Of a stretch of 64,000 nt of DNA, positions 30,318 through 39,608 are shown piece by piece. Positions within the stretch are counted from its first letter, which is position 1, and each line of letters opens with the position of its first letter. A program made the position numbers and the translations under genes. The notes below the pieces were generated by a model. The model was not told the origin of the DNA. It ran no database searches and saw only the letters and a list, made by a program, of their open reading frames with translations. This DNA comes from an uncultured Candidatus Saccharibacteria bacterium (GTDB taxonomy: Bacteria; Patescibacteriota; Doudnabacteria; UBA920): contig CAYODY010000003.1 in assembly GCA_964402965.1 (NCBI GenBank), positions 9,846 through 73,845 of the forward strand. Reading direction: 5' to 3'.

Positions 30318-32060
30318 TTATATAGTTGAAACCTGCTGTCTCCATAGCGCAGAGTACAAACCATTCTTCGCAATGAGCTCATCGTGAGTGCCTTGTTCTG
30401 CAAGTTTACCTTTTTCTAATACATAGATTGTATCAGCATGCACAACAGTAGAAAGTCTGTGAGCAACCAAAATGCGAATTAAGTTTGGACGAGATTTTTC
30501 AATTTCTTTTATTGTTTGAGTTATGGATTCTTCTGTGATTGAATCGAGAGAAGAAGTTGCTTCGTCAAAAATTAAAATATCTGGATCTCGAAGTAGTGAA
30601 CGGGCGATAGCCAAACGTTGTTTTTCGCCACCAGAAAGTTTCAAACCACCTTCACCGATTTTGGTGTCTAAACCTTCACCGCCACGTTCGAGTAAACTAT
30701 GTGCGCTTGCAGAATGCAATGCTGATTCGCATTCTTCGTCTGTCGCTGTTGGTTTAACAAAGAGTAAATTATCGCGAATTGTTCCAGAGAAAAGTTGGGT
30801 GTCTTGTGCAACTAAACCAACTCTGTTTCTTAATGAAACTAAATCAATTTCATTGCTCGGTACACCATTGAATAAAATTCTACCTTCAGTGGGTTGATAC
30901 AAACCAACCGTTAACTTAATGGTAGTAGATTTACCACTTCCAGATGGTCCAACAAATGCAATTGTTTTTCCTGCTTTTACGTTTAAGCTCAAATTGTGTA
31001 GTGCATGAGTGTTGCCAGTACTATAACCGAATGAAACATTGTCGAAAGTAATATCTTTAATGGCTCCAACAGGTTTTGGGTTTTCTGGTTGTTTGTCCGG
31101 CTGTTGGTCTAGAATTTCTTGAAGTTTTTCTAATGAAGCCTTGGTTTCTCCGTAACTAGTAGCAACATCTCCAAGTTGGCCAAGTGGTGAGAAGATGAAG
31201 AAAGTATAAATTTGCAGAGTGAAAAATTCACCAACAGTAAGTTTACGTTCAAAAATTAAGTACAACATCACTAACAACATCAAAGCACGAATTCCATTAA
31301 TGATTGTACCTTGTAAAAAACTGTATAGACGAATTAATCTAACTTTTTTTAACTCAAGTTTTAGTATTGCAGAGTTAGTATCGTTTAGACGTTTAATTTC
31401 CTGACCTTCTAGACCGAGTGATTTAACTAGTTCAACATTGCGCAATGTCTCGGTGGTGGAACCTGCTAGTGCTTGAGTTTCTGCCACAATTGGAGTTTGA
31501 GCAGATTTAATTTTTCGAGTGATGTAGTAACTAGAAACTGCAAGGGTAGGGATGGTTAGAAAAAACATCAAACCAACAATCCAGTGAACTATTGTTGCAT
31601 ACACTAGAACAAATAAAATTCCAATAACAGAAACATATAGCAAGCCTATGGCAAAGTTTAAAAACTTTTGGGAATCATTGCGAGCAGAAGTTAATTTAGA
31701 AAGGAACTCTCCAGATCTTTGATCTTCAAACACAGAGTATGAGAGTGAGAATGAATGAGTCACACTGTCAGCATACATTTTAGCTCCAAGACGTTGAGTA
31801 GTAACGTTGGTGTAATAGTCTTGAAAGTTTTTTGCAACACGAGAAATAAAAGCAATTCCAATAGAAGCAAGTAAAAGCAAAATTACTCCTTGAAAGAAAT
31901 CTGTCCTACTTAGTTTGTCATAGTTTGATACATATTTGTCTACGATTATACGGAAAATCTGAGGGTCAGCCAAAGAGAATACTTGGTTTACTGTTGCTAA
32001 TACTAAAGCACCGCTCAGTAATCCTTTATAGTTTTTTAAATAGTTCCAAAGTAAGCGCAT
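30318..32060 (-). CDS. ABC exporter, fused TMD-NBD
   Basis: GPSGSGKS, LSGGEKQR, IFDEATS, AHRLST; six TMs. Confidence 0.95.
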   Translation of the reverse strand: MRLLWNYLKNYKGLLSGALVLATVNQVFSLADPQIFRIIVDKYVSNYDKLSRTDFFQGVILLLLASIGIAFISRVAKNFQDYYTNVTTQRLGAKMYADSVTHSFSLSYSVFEDQRSGEFLSKLTSARNDSQKFLNFAIGLLYVSVIGILFVLVYATIVHWIVGLMFFLTIPTLAVSSYYITRKIKSAQTPIVAETQALAGSTTETLRNVELVKSLGLEGQEIKRLNDTNSAILKLELKKVRLIRLYSFLQGTIINGIRALMLLVMLYLIFERKLTVGEFFTLQIYTFFIFSPLGQLGDVATSYGETKASLEKLQEILDQQPDKQPENPKPVGAIKDITFDNVSFGYSTGNTHALHNLSLNVKAGKTIAFVGPSGSGKSTTIKLTVGLYQPTEGRILFNGVPSNEIDLVSLRNRVGLVAQDTQLFSGTIRDNLLFVKPTATDEECESALHSASAHSLLERGGEGLDTKIGEGGLKLSGGEKQRLAIARSLLRDPDILIFDEATSSLDSITEESITQTIKEIEKSRPNLIRILVAHRLSTVVHADTIYVLEKGKLAEQGTHDELIAKNGLYSALWRQQVSTI

Positions 32061-32078
32061 AATTTTGGGTTAGATTAA

Positions 32079-32864
32079 TTATTTTGAAATGATGATGAGT
32101 TCTTTTTTTGTCTCGTCAACGGTATTTGTAGTATGATCCCAATCTGCTGCTGCAGAATAAAGTGTTTCGTATTTGTATTGGTAATTTTCTCCAAACTTTG
32201 TGCCTGGGTCGTTAGTTATAAAATTATCTGCATTCCATCCTGTAATAACTAACATGTGATGAATTGGGCCAGGGGATTTAAAATGCGGATTTTTAAGTAG
32301 TCTACCGTTGAATGAAACAAGAACTAATTTGTTTTCAGTAAGTGCTTTTTTAATAGTATTTTCTTCAAGAGGTTTCAGCTCTGTTTTTAAACCGTAAACC
32401 AATTCTATCATCTTTGCTACTTCTAACGAAGTTTGGTCTAAATGAAATCCTTGGTTGGTATCTTGCCACTCAGTGAGTTTTGCAATTTCTTTTTCTACAG
32501 TTTCTGCAGTGAGGTTGGGAATTTTGTTGAAATACGCGTTTGCCATAATTGCTGTGGTTTCTTCGCAGGCTTCGTTGTGGAGTTCATCCCAATTTGCTGT
32601 TGGCGCTTGGGTTGTGAATGGAACTTTAATTAGTAGAGAAGCGGGGATTGTGTTTGAAACATCGGAGTTTGTTTTGCCAGTTGATGAATTCGCAGTAGAT
32701 GTGTTCGTTTGGTTATCACTTGGTTTTTCGTCTGGGGTATTGTAAGTAACTCCTACTTTAGGAGTAGGGTTGGGTAATGTTTGCTGTCTTTTGTAAAGAA
32801 AAAATCCACCTATGGATACAATTACCAAAACAGAAAGAACAGAAATGTTTCTTTTTGAAAACAT
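32079..32864 (-). CDS. Membrane-anchored C39-like cysteine peptidase
   Basis: VPFTTQAP, EACEE, HMLVITG, NDPG (Q-C-H-D catalytic pattern). Confidence 0.8.
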   Translation of the reverse strand: MFSKRNISVLSVLVIVSIGGFFLYKRQQTLPNPTPKVGVTYNTPDEKPSDNQTNTSTANSSTGKTNSDVSNTIPASLLIKVPFTTQAPTANWDELHNEACEETTAIMANAYFNKIPNLTAETVEKEIAKLTEWQDTNQGFHLDQTSLEVAKMIELVYGLKTELKPLEENTIKKALTENKLVLVSFNGRLLKNPHFKSPGPIHHMLVITGWNADNFITNDPGTKFGENYQYKYETLYSAAADWDHTTNTVDETKKELIIISK

Positions 32865-32874
32865 AAATTTTAGA

Positions 32875-33570
32875 TTAAAGAATATCCGACTTTTTTATTT
32901 CTATGTAAGTCCCAGGTTCAATTTTCGGAAGTTCTAGTTTATTAATTCGAATGCGTTTTAGATTTACCACTCCAAGTCCTACTGCTTGGAACATACGACG
33001 AATCTGTCTTTTTTTACCTTCATGTACGGTAATATAAACTTTTCCGGAACGTTGTTTAACTTTAGCAGGGGACGTAAGTCCTGTTGGGAGTTCTACTCCT
33101 GAACGGAGCTTTTCAAGTTGAGTTGGTTTTGGGACAGCATCTGGAATAACTTCGTATTCTTTATCGTGCTCGTATTTAGGATGTGCGAGTTGTTGAGTTA
33201 AATCCCCATCGTTAGTAAGGATAAGCAATCCTTCGGTATCGTAATCCAAACGTCCAACATTGTGGACTTTGCTGCGAAGGTCATCTGGAAGTAATGAGAA
33301 AACAGTTTTGCGACCGTTTGGATCGGACTTGCTTACAACAACACCTTTTGGTTTGTTCATTGCGATGTATATTTTGCGTGTAAGTTTTTGGCCGGGTTTA
33401 TTTACAATTTTCCCATAAACTTTTATTTCATCTGTTTCAGGATCAACTTTGTCACCAAGCTTGGCACGATGACCGTTAATAGAAACTTGGCCAGATTTAA
33501 TAAACTCCTCAGCCTTTCGACGAGAAGCAATTCCTGCTGAGCTTAGAAATTTTTGTACGCGTTCTTGCAT
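32875..33570 (-). CDS. rRNA pseudouridine synthase (RsuA/RluB family)
   Basis: S4 domain SRRKAE, NKPKG, GRLDYDTEGLL, EGKKRQIRRM. Confidence 0.95.
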   Translation of the reverse strand: MQERVQKFLSSAGIASRRKAEEFIKSGQVSINGHRAKLGDKVDPETDEIKVYGKIVNKPGQKLTRKIYIAMNKPKGVVVSKSDPNGRKTVFSLLPDDLRSKVHNVGRLDYDTEGLLILTNDGDLTQQLAHPKYEHDKEYEVIPDAVPKPTQLEKLRSGVELPTGLTSPAKVKQRSGKVYITVHEGKKRQIRRMFQAVGLGVVNLKRIRINKLELPKIEPGTYIEIKKSDIL

Positions 33571-33583
33571 TTATAGTTAAGTA

Positions 33584-33928
33584 TTAAAACGTTATAGACG
33601 TATATGGGTGAGAATTATAGTAAGTAACAAAAAGTGAAAATACGACGATAATAATGATTAATAACCAGATCATGGTGTAGCCAAGAAAATAAATTGATTC
33701 GGTTTTCATCCCGTTCAAAAAAAGATAGACTGGACGGCCAAAAACTAAAATCGCCATAACAGCGGCGGAGAATACTAATAGTAGAAGGACGGGAATGATT
33801 GTTCCAAAACCATCTGGTCCTGGGAGTATAGTATTAAGTGCTTGAATAAATAAACCAATAGCAACTATGTATGCAAGCACACCGAGTGCGTGCAGTAAGC
33901 TATAAAAAATAATTTTAGATTTACTCAT
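33584..33928 (-). CDS. Small three-TM hypothetical protein
   Basis: Three hydrophobic helices; ATG 13 nt after the tRNA remnant. Confidence 0.7.
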   Translation of the reverse strand: MSKSKIIFYSLLHALGVLAYIVAIGLFIQALNTILPGPDGFGTIIPVLLLLVFSAAVMAILVFGRPVYLFLNGMKTESIYFLGYTMIWLLIIIIVVFSLFVTYYNSHPYTSITF

Positions 33929-33941
33929 GTTTAAGTTTTAG

Positions 33942-33985
33942 TGGTGGCTCCGACTGGGATCGAACCAGTGACCCTATTATCTTAT
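33942..33985 (-). pseudogene. Orphan tRNA 3' half (identity undetermined)
   Basis: Minus strand ...GGGTC-ACTGG-TTCGATC-CCAGT-CGGAGCC-ACCA; no D-arm or 5' acceptor strand upstream. Confidence 0.8.
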
Positions 33986-34040
33986 CATTTATTTTTTATT
34001 TTGTATTGATAGGGTTAGAACCATATGATATAATCCTTTT

Positions 34041-34352
34041 ATGCCTTATAAAAGACGAGAAGATTTATATGCTGCGCAGAAAAGACATAGACAAAGAGTT
34101 CGCGCACAGCTATTTGAGTTCTTGTCTACTCAATCGTGCATTGATTGTGGAGAAAATGATCCAATTGTGTTAGAATTTGACCATGTTAATGGTAAGGATA
34201 AATTTAAGGATGTTTCAAAATTATTATCTGGACATTATTCATGGTTAACAATACAACGCGAGATAGTAAAATGTGAGATTAGATGTGCTAATTGCCATCG
34301 TAGAAAATCTTATATTGAATCTAATTCGTGGGGTAGAAGCATGCCCCTGTAG
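34041..34352 (+). CDS. Small Zn-binding HNH endonuclease
   Basis: CIDCG, LEFDH, CEIRCANCH; stop codon lies inside tRNA-Arg(TCT). Confidence 0.88.
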   Translation: MPYKRREDLYAAQKRHRQRVRAQLFEFLSTQSCIDCGENDPIVLEFDHVNGKDKFKDVSKLLSGHYSWLTIQREIVKCEIRCANCHRRKSYIESNSWGRSMPL

Positions 34353-34417
34353 TTAAATGGATATAACTGCGGACTTCTAAGCCGCTATTCGTGGTTCGAT
34401 TCCACGCGGGGGCACCA
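34343..34417 (+). tRNA. tRNA-Arg(TCT)
   Basis: GCCCCTG/CGGGGGC acceptor, loop CTTCTAA, GTTCGATTC, CCA; A31:G39 mismatch. Confidence 0.92.
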
Positions 34418-34428
34418 TAGAAAAAACT

Positions 34429-34452
34429 AAAAACGCCTGATGGCGTTTTTTT
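34429..34452. terminator. Bidirectional terminator between convergent tRNAs
   Basis: AAAAACGCC-TGAT-GGCGTTTTT. Confidence 0.8.
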
Positions 34453-34463
34453 AAATATTAGGC

Positions 34464-34540
34464 TGGTGCACCCGACAGGATTCGAACCTATGACCTCCCG
34501 CTCCGCAAGCGGACGCTCTATCCAGCTGAGCTACGGGTGC
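34464..34540 (-). tRNA. tRNA-Arg(GCG)
   Basis: Reverse complement GCACCCG...TCCGC-TTGCGGA-GCGGG...GTTCGAATC...CGGGTGC-ACCA. Confidence 0.95.
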
Positions 34541-34576
34541 GCATTTCAATTTAACTTCTATATTTTAATGAATTTT

Positions 34577-35611
34577 TTAATTTTTGGCAAGTGGTTGAGC
34601 TAAGAAATTTTTAATCACTTTTTCAACATCATCTGCATTTTTGCATTCATATAATTGATTTCGAACTTCAGCAGCACCAGTAAAACCAGCTACGTATGCT
34701 TTAAAATGGCGTTTCATTATGTCGAAAGGTTTTATTCCATCAAACATCTTTTCATAGAGTTTTGTATGTTCAAGTAAGACTGAAAGTTTTTCTTCTAAAG
34801 ATGGGGGATTGCCGCTTGCTTCTGAACGCCCTACGTTGAACAAAAACGGGTTACCAAAAATTGCCCTTCCTAACATAACACCATCACAGCCAGTTTCTTT
34901 TACAAGAGCTTGTGCGTGCTCTATGTCTTTCACATCACCATTACCCAAAATAACAGGACGAGTTTCTAGAGTAGTGTGCTCATTAATGAATTTGATTATT
35001 TTCGGCATCTCTTCCCAATGTGCATCTACTTTAGACATTTCTTTTCGAGTACGTAAATGAATGGCAATTGCTGCTGGCTCTGCTTCTAAAAGTTTCAAAA
35101 TCCAATTTTCCCAATTTATATTTGTATCACCAATGCGAATTTTAACAGAAACAGGAATCTTTGGCGCACCTTCTTTACAAGCTAAAATAATTTCTTTAGC
35201 ACGTTCAGGAGTTCTAAATAGTCCAGCACATGAACCACCTTTAACAGCATTTTTTTCTGGACAACCCATGTTAATATCTACACCATCATATCCCAAATCT
35301 TGAATAAGTTTTGAAACTTCTTTGAATTTTAGTGGATCACTTCCAAAAATCTGCGCAACAATTGGATGTTCAGTTTTTGAGAATTTTAAATAGTGCATGA
35401 CTTTGTCGTGACCTTTTTCAGAAACCAAAGCTTCTGTTGAAACGAACTCTGTGTAGAACACATCTGGTTTTCCGTACTTTGCAATAATCTGTCGAAAAGC
35501 CGCATCTGTTACGTCATGCATTGGTGCGAGAACAAACATTGGTTTTTTAGATTTTGCCCAAAAATTATTATCATTCACTTTTGTAGTTTTTCCTGCATTC
35601 TTCTTAGCCAT
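34577..35611 (-). CDS. dus: tRNA-dihydrouridine synthase
   Basis: LAPM, TEFVS, QIFG, DINMGCP, SVKIRIG, HLR, GNGD, GVMLGR. Confidence 0.95.
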   Translation of the reverse strand: MAKKNAGKTTKVNDNNFWAKSKKPMFVLAPMHDVTDAAFRQIIAKYGKPDVFYTEFVSTEALVSEKGHDKVMHYLKFSKTEHPIVAQIFGSDPLKFKEVSKLIQDLGYDGVDINMGCPEKNAVKGGSCAGLFRTPERAKEIILACKEGAPKIPVSVKIRIGDTNINWENWILKLLEAEPAAIAIHLRTRKEMSKVDAHWEEMPKIIKFINEHTTLETRPVILGNGDVKDIEHAQALVKETGCDGVMLGRAIFGNPFLFNVGRSEASGNPPSLEEKLSVLLEHTKLYEKMFDGIKPFDIMKRHFKAYVAGFTGAAEVRNQLYECKNADDVEKVIKNFLAQPLAKN

Positions 35612-35691
35612 AACTCATATTTTAACTGAAAATTGATAAATAAAAAAGTGGCTTGCGTTTGCATGCCACTGACTAAATTAGCTCGTGAAAA

Positions 35692-36510
35692 TTATTTTCC
35701 AACTCTGAACATAAACCCGTACTGGATTTTATTTTTTTCCATCCCCTCGAAATGATGAGGTTGGTTAAATAAATGGGAGTATCCAATTCGAGGGCCGACT
35801 CGTAAACCCAGAAGAGGGAACAAGCAAATTGCATCAGCTTTGAATGAAAATCTACGCCCAGAAAGGAGTGCTCCAGTGTCGGCAATAAATTGTCCACCAA
35901 ATTCCATCTCAATTTTTCGGAACTCGGTGTTCATTTCAACGCCGGACCTGGATACAAGACCAGATTTCACAAAGTTGTTGCTAGATTCAGTTGGAACATA
36001 CCAACTCAAGTTGGAGAACGGTTTAATGCTACTATGTTCCTTATTCAGGAAGGTTTTGCTAATCTCGCCGCCGACAGTCGCGTACGAAAAATTTTCCGAC
36101 TTGTAGAAACTGCCAACAGCAGAGATGTCGAACTCCCGAAGCTTCCGTGTTGCAGAGAGCTCTACAGCGCCGAAGCTGTTTGAAAAATTTCGATCTTTCG
36201 GTACTGCTAAGCTTACGCCAATTCGAAATGTGTACTTGGCGTGCTTCTTCGTTTCAAGATTTGCTTGAATGAGGGATTGGTTGTAAATAACCCCGCCTTC
36301 TATCAAGCCAATACTGTTAGGAGCTTCGAATGAGTTGACGTATCCAGAATCATTTCTGAAAGTCCAGAACAGGGGTTTCTTTTTCTTCTCCTGTTTTCTT
36401 TCCGTTTCGACCGTTGTGATTGTTGTTTCCTGGCAATGGCCATTGAGAGTGCTGAAAATCGAAAACAACAACGCAACACAAATTAACGCGATCAAAGTAG
36501 TTTTTTTCAC
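35692..36510 (-). CDS. Secreted all-beta protein resembling an outer-membrane beta-barrel
   Basis: Signal peptide, alternating amphipathic strands, AAGGAGG SD 9 nt before GTG. Confidence 0.7.
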   Translation of the reverse strand: MKKTTLIALICVALLFSIFSTLNGHCQETTITTVETERKQEKKKKPLFWTFRNDSGYVNSFEAPNSIGLIEGGVIYNQSLIQANLETKKHAKYTFRIGVSLAVPKDRNFSNSFGAVELSATRKLREFDISAVGSFYKSENFSYATVGGEISKTFLNKEHSSIKPFSNLSWYVPTESSNNFVKSGLVSRSGVEMNTEFRKIEMEFGGQFIADTGALLSGRRFSFKADAICLFPLLGLRVGPRIGYSHLFNQPHHFEGMEKNKIQYGFMFRVGK

Positions 36511-36601
36511 AATCCATGTCCTCCTTGGGGATGTCGAAATATTAGAACTAAGTCTAATTATATTCTTTCATTTGGGGGCGTCAAGTTGTAAATTTTAAGA
36601 A

Positions 36602-37627
36602 TTATTTCTTATGATGAAATTTCTTGTGAACGTCGCGAAGCTGTTGGTTTGTTACGTGGGTATAGATTTGAGTTGTAGTAATAGAAGCGTGGCCTAGCAA
36701 AGTCTGGACACTTCGAATGTCTGCACCATTTTGAAGTAGGTCAGTTGCAAATCCGTGTCGGAAAATGTGCGGAGTTACTTTATGCATAATCCCTGCAAGC
36801 GCAGCATATTTTTTTATGATCCTTTGAACAGAACGAGCTGTTAAACCTGCGGCAGTGTGTTGGTCAGACTTCTTACCAATAGATTCCATTTGTTTTGTGA
36901 CAGAGTTTCCTATATTGCTGTGACTTACAAATAGGGCAGGGGAGTTATCATCACGTTTTTTAATATATTCACGGAGTAGCTTAATTGCATCATCAGACAT
37001 GAAAACTAAACGAAGCTTATCTCCTTTACCGCGTACAGTAAATTCACCTCTGTCAAAGTTGAGTTGATTCTGTTTTAATTGCACAAGTTCTGAAACACGA
37101 ATTCCGCTTGAAAAAAGTAGTTCCATAATTGCTTTGTCGCGTAATCTTTTTAGTTCGTCTTCTTCTTGGGCAGTGGCATCTTTTATGCGTTCTATTTCAT
37201 CAATAGTAATAACTTCAACTTCTCGTGCAGGAGTTTTGGCAAGTTCAATTTTTTCTGCAGACAAAGTGTCTATGTCTCGTTTCGCCAAGTATTTTAAAAA
37301 AGCACGCAATGCTATTACGTGATAGTTTTGAGTAACCAATTTAAGACTGCGGCCTGAGACCTCGTCTGTAAAGCGATTTAAATATAGACGGAAAGAACGA
37401 ATAACTTCTAAGGTTATTTGTTCTGGTTTGGTGATTCCGTCGGAGATGGCAAACTCAGCGAAGCGGGCAAGGTAGTGTGCATAGTTGCGAACAGTTAATA
37501 GACTACGATTTCTTTCTATCTCACAGTACTCTAAGAACTCCCGTATACACTTTTCTAGGGGAGTGGCTTTTCTTGTTTCCTTAGGATTAACTTCAGCTTT
37601 TGTTGATTTTGTTTCTACTTTTGGCAT
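36602..37627 (-). CDS. XerC/XerD-family tyrosine recombinase
   Basis: SAM-like N-domain; RD..LLFSSGIRVSEL, GKG.K.R, TPHIFRHGFAT, LLGH, TQIY (R-K-H-R-H-Y). Confidence 0.93.
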   Translation of the reverse strand: MPKVETKSTKAEVNPKETRKATPLEKCIREFLEYCEIERNRSLLTVRNYAHYLARFAEFAISDGITKPEQITLEVIRSFRLYLNRFTDEVSGRSLKLVTQNYHVIALRAFLKYLAKRDIDTLSAEKIELAKTPAREVEVITIDEIERIKDATAQEEDELKRLRDKAIMELLFSSGIRVSELVQLKQNQLNFDRGEFTVRGKGDKLRLVFMSDDAIKLLREYIKKRDDNSPALFVSHSNIGNSVTKQMESIGKKSDQHTAAGLTARSVQRIIKKYAALAGIMHKVTPHIFRHGFATDLLQNGADIRSVQTLLGHASITTTQIYTHVTNQQLRDVHKKFHHKK

Positions 37628-37766
37628 ATTTATAGACCTTTCAGATATTTTAGAAGGCTTGCCTTTAGTTGCTTGATTCTATTTAAAGTATACCATGAAC
37701 ACGCGCCGTAAAACGTTCGATTGTGCGACAAGGGTAAAGACGAGCCATTTTTGCTATAATTTTTGT

Positions 37767-38537
37767 ATGAATAGACCTGAAGGTATTGGAGTAAATCCAG
37801 AATACAATAAGTTCTCCGAAATAAAGGAGAAATTAATGGAGCCTTTTTCCAGTGAAGAATTAGACTCAGTATGGAAAGCTATTGTGTCCAAAGACGCATT
37901 TTCTATGCCATCACAGAAAGTGTTATTGCATCGAAGTTATAATAGATACGATTATGTAATTTATTTGCATAATAAAGAAGATGGTCTGATTCAAATCGAG
38001 ATGCAAATAACAGATCCAGAAAAGCAGAAAATTGCTAACGTGATATTTATGAGAGATGCTAAGTATGATTCTTCTGGAGAGTGGATGTTATCTCACAGAT
38101 TAGTACATACGGGAGAGTTGGGAATTTCTGGGACAGAGTTTTTGAAGCAATCAGAAACTTATATGAAAAATTTGGCGGATAAAAAATATATTGACTTAAC
38201 CCATATAGGTGCCGCAACTTCACAACCAGACGTAATTAGGTGGCTTCAAAAAAATAATTATGATTTTGTAAGTCCACAAAATAAAAAATGGCATGAAGAA
38301 TATTTAAATTATCCAGAAGAATTTGAAGAAGTTTATCTGTCTGATACTAGCGGAAAAGATAGGATCTCTCATTACGAAAACGAACCTTTTGTTTTTAAAA
38401 AGGATGGTATGGATAAAGATAGAATGTCTTATTCGTTAGATAGAAATTTTAGCGATGGTAAACACTATATAATTTCTCATGAAGACATGCTTCATTTGCC
38501 AGGTCTATTTAGAATAGACATGCTTAAAAAAATATAA
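37767..38537 (+). CDS. Hypothetical protein
   Basis: TGCTATAAT 6 nt before ATG 37767; long open frame. Confidence 0.7.
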   Translation: MNRPEGIGVNPEYNKFSEIKEKLMEPFSSEELDSVWKAIVSKDAFSMPSQKVLLHRSYNRYDYVIYLHNKEDGLIQIEMQITDPEKQKIANVIFMRDAKYDSSGEWMLSHRLVHTGELGISGTEFLKQSETYMKNLADKKYIDLTHIGAATSQPDVIRWLQKNNYDFVSPQNKKWHEEYLNYPEEFEEVYLSDTSGKDRISHYENEPFVFKKDGMDKDRMSYSLDRNFSDGKHYIISHEDMLHLPGLFRIDMLKKI

Positions 38538-38589
38538 CCCTGACTTGCAAAATAATTGGATTTATTATATAATTCAAACATAAATTAAC

Positions 38590-38660
38590 CACGCGCAGGA
38601 ATATACTGCCCGCGTCGTGAATCGTTCCATGCAAATTGAAGCGATGAAGAAAGGAAGTAT
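38590..38660 (+). promoter_or_regulatory. Putative structured rpsO leader
   Basis: Promoter TTGCAA-17-TATAAT (38545-38573); hairpins ACGCG/CGCGT + CAG/CTG and ATCGTTC/GAAGCGAT next to the GAAAGGA SD. Confidence 0.5.
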
Positions 38661-38936
38661 ATGTTAAGCAAAAAAGACAAAGATGCGATTATCAAGAAGT
38701 ACCAAGTGCACAAAGATGACACTGGTTCTCCAGAAGTACAAATCGCTGTACTAACAAAAGAAATTGAACAAGTTAGTGAGCATTTGCAAATTCACAAAAA
38801 AGATAATCACTCTCGCCGTGGCCTTCTAAAAATGGTAGGAAATCGTCGTCGTTTACTTCGTTACCTAAAAGGTGAAGATGTTAAGCGTTACGAAAAGATT
38901 GCTGATAAATTGAAAATCAAACGCGATCAAAATTAA
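38661..38936 (+). CDS. rpsO: 30S ribosomal protein S15
   Basis: [33 protein letters not shown]. Confidence 0.98.
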   Translation: MLSKKDKDAIIKKYQVHKDDTGSPEVQIAVLTKEIEQVSEHLQIHKKDNHSRRGLLKMVGNRRRLLRYLKGEDVKRYEKIADKLKIKRDQN

Positions 38937-38943
38937 TTGTAAA

Positions 38944-38973
38944 CAAGCCTCATCTTTTATTAGGTGGGGCTTG
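38944..38973 (+). terminator. Hairpin after rpsO (possible terminator)
   Basis: CAAGCCTCATCT...AGGTGGGGCTTG; weak U-tract. Confidence 0.5.
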
Positions 38974-38983
38974 ATATTGTTTT

Positions 38984-39400
38984 ATGGAAGAAAATACAAA
39001 CAACGACATACATCAGGCTCCTTGGGATGTTCAAGAGTTTGAAGATGCTTGGGTTAAAGTTAACGAACAAGTTGTAAAAGAGCTCATGGCAAATTCAGAC
39101 ATAGAGCAAATTAAGCAGAAAGTTCGAGCTCAAGGTCATATTCAACTCGATGATCGTGAGCAATTTATTAATCTTGTTAACAAGATTAAATATGATGTAA
39201 TTTACAAAACATTTGGAGAAGCAGATTCAGAAGGTTACTTAGCATTTCAAAAAGCATGGCAGCATTGGCAAAAACTTAGAGCAACTGCAATGCCTAAGCC
39301 GGCTAACATGTTTGAAGATAATATTCACCATTTGATGTTTGGCAGTACTCCTGACCCGGACAATTTCCTAAAAGATTTTGATGTAAATAAGGACTTATAA
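38984..39400 (+). CDS. Hypothetical protein between rpsO and pnp
   Basis: 138-aa ORF with normal codon usage. Confidence 0.7.
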   Translation: MEENTNNDIHQAPWDVQEFEDAWVKVNEQVVKELMANSDIEQIKQKVRAQGHIQLDDREQFINLVNKIKYDVIYKTFGEADSEGYLAFQKAWQHWQKLRATAMPKPANMFEDNIHHLMFGSTPDPDNFLKDFDVNKDL

Positions 39401-39411
39401 ATAACTAATTA

Positions 39412-39608
39412 TTGCATTCGCAGACACAAGTTCCAAGAGTGAAGTGCCTGAGGAGAGGAAAAGATATTTAGCTAAGGAAACTATCTGAGCACAGTCGCCC
39501 GCAACGGAAGTTGGGGAGGCGACGTAGCGAAGCTTGTTGACGTGCTAAATATCTTGCGCTCTCAACCTCAGACCCTCCACTTTTGGTCGCTTGCAACTGC
39601 ATGTGCAA
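39412..39608 (+). ncRNA. Long structured pnp 5' leader
   Basis: Nested complementary pairs: 39461-72/39544-55 (12 bp perfect), 39448-53/39566-71, 39433-41/39578-86, 39412-16/39604-08, inner GTCGCC/GGCGAC. Confidence 0.7.

Noticed and set aside
30318-32864. C39 peptidase plus ABC exporter as a bacteriocin export system
   Set aside because: The peptidase has an N-terminal membrane anchor and linker suggesting an extracellular location; no double-glycine precursor is seen.
36602-37627. Prophage or integron integrase
   Set aside because: Looks like a housekeeping Xer; no IntI-specific insertion, attC sites or phage genes were recognised nearby.
39494-39523. SRP RNA, suggested by the GGAA tetraloop
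   Set aside because: Lacks the conserved domain IV internal loop (CAGG...AGCAG).
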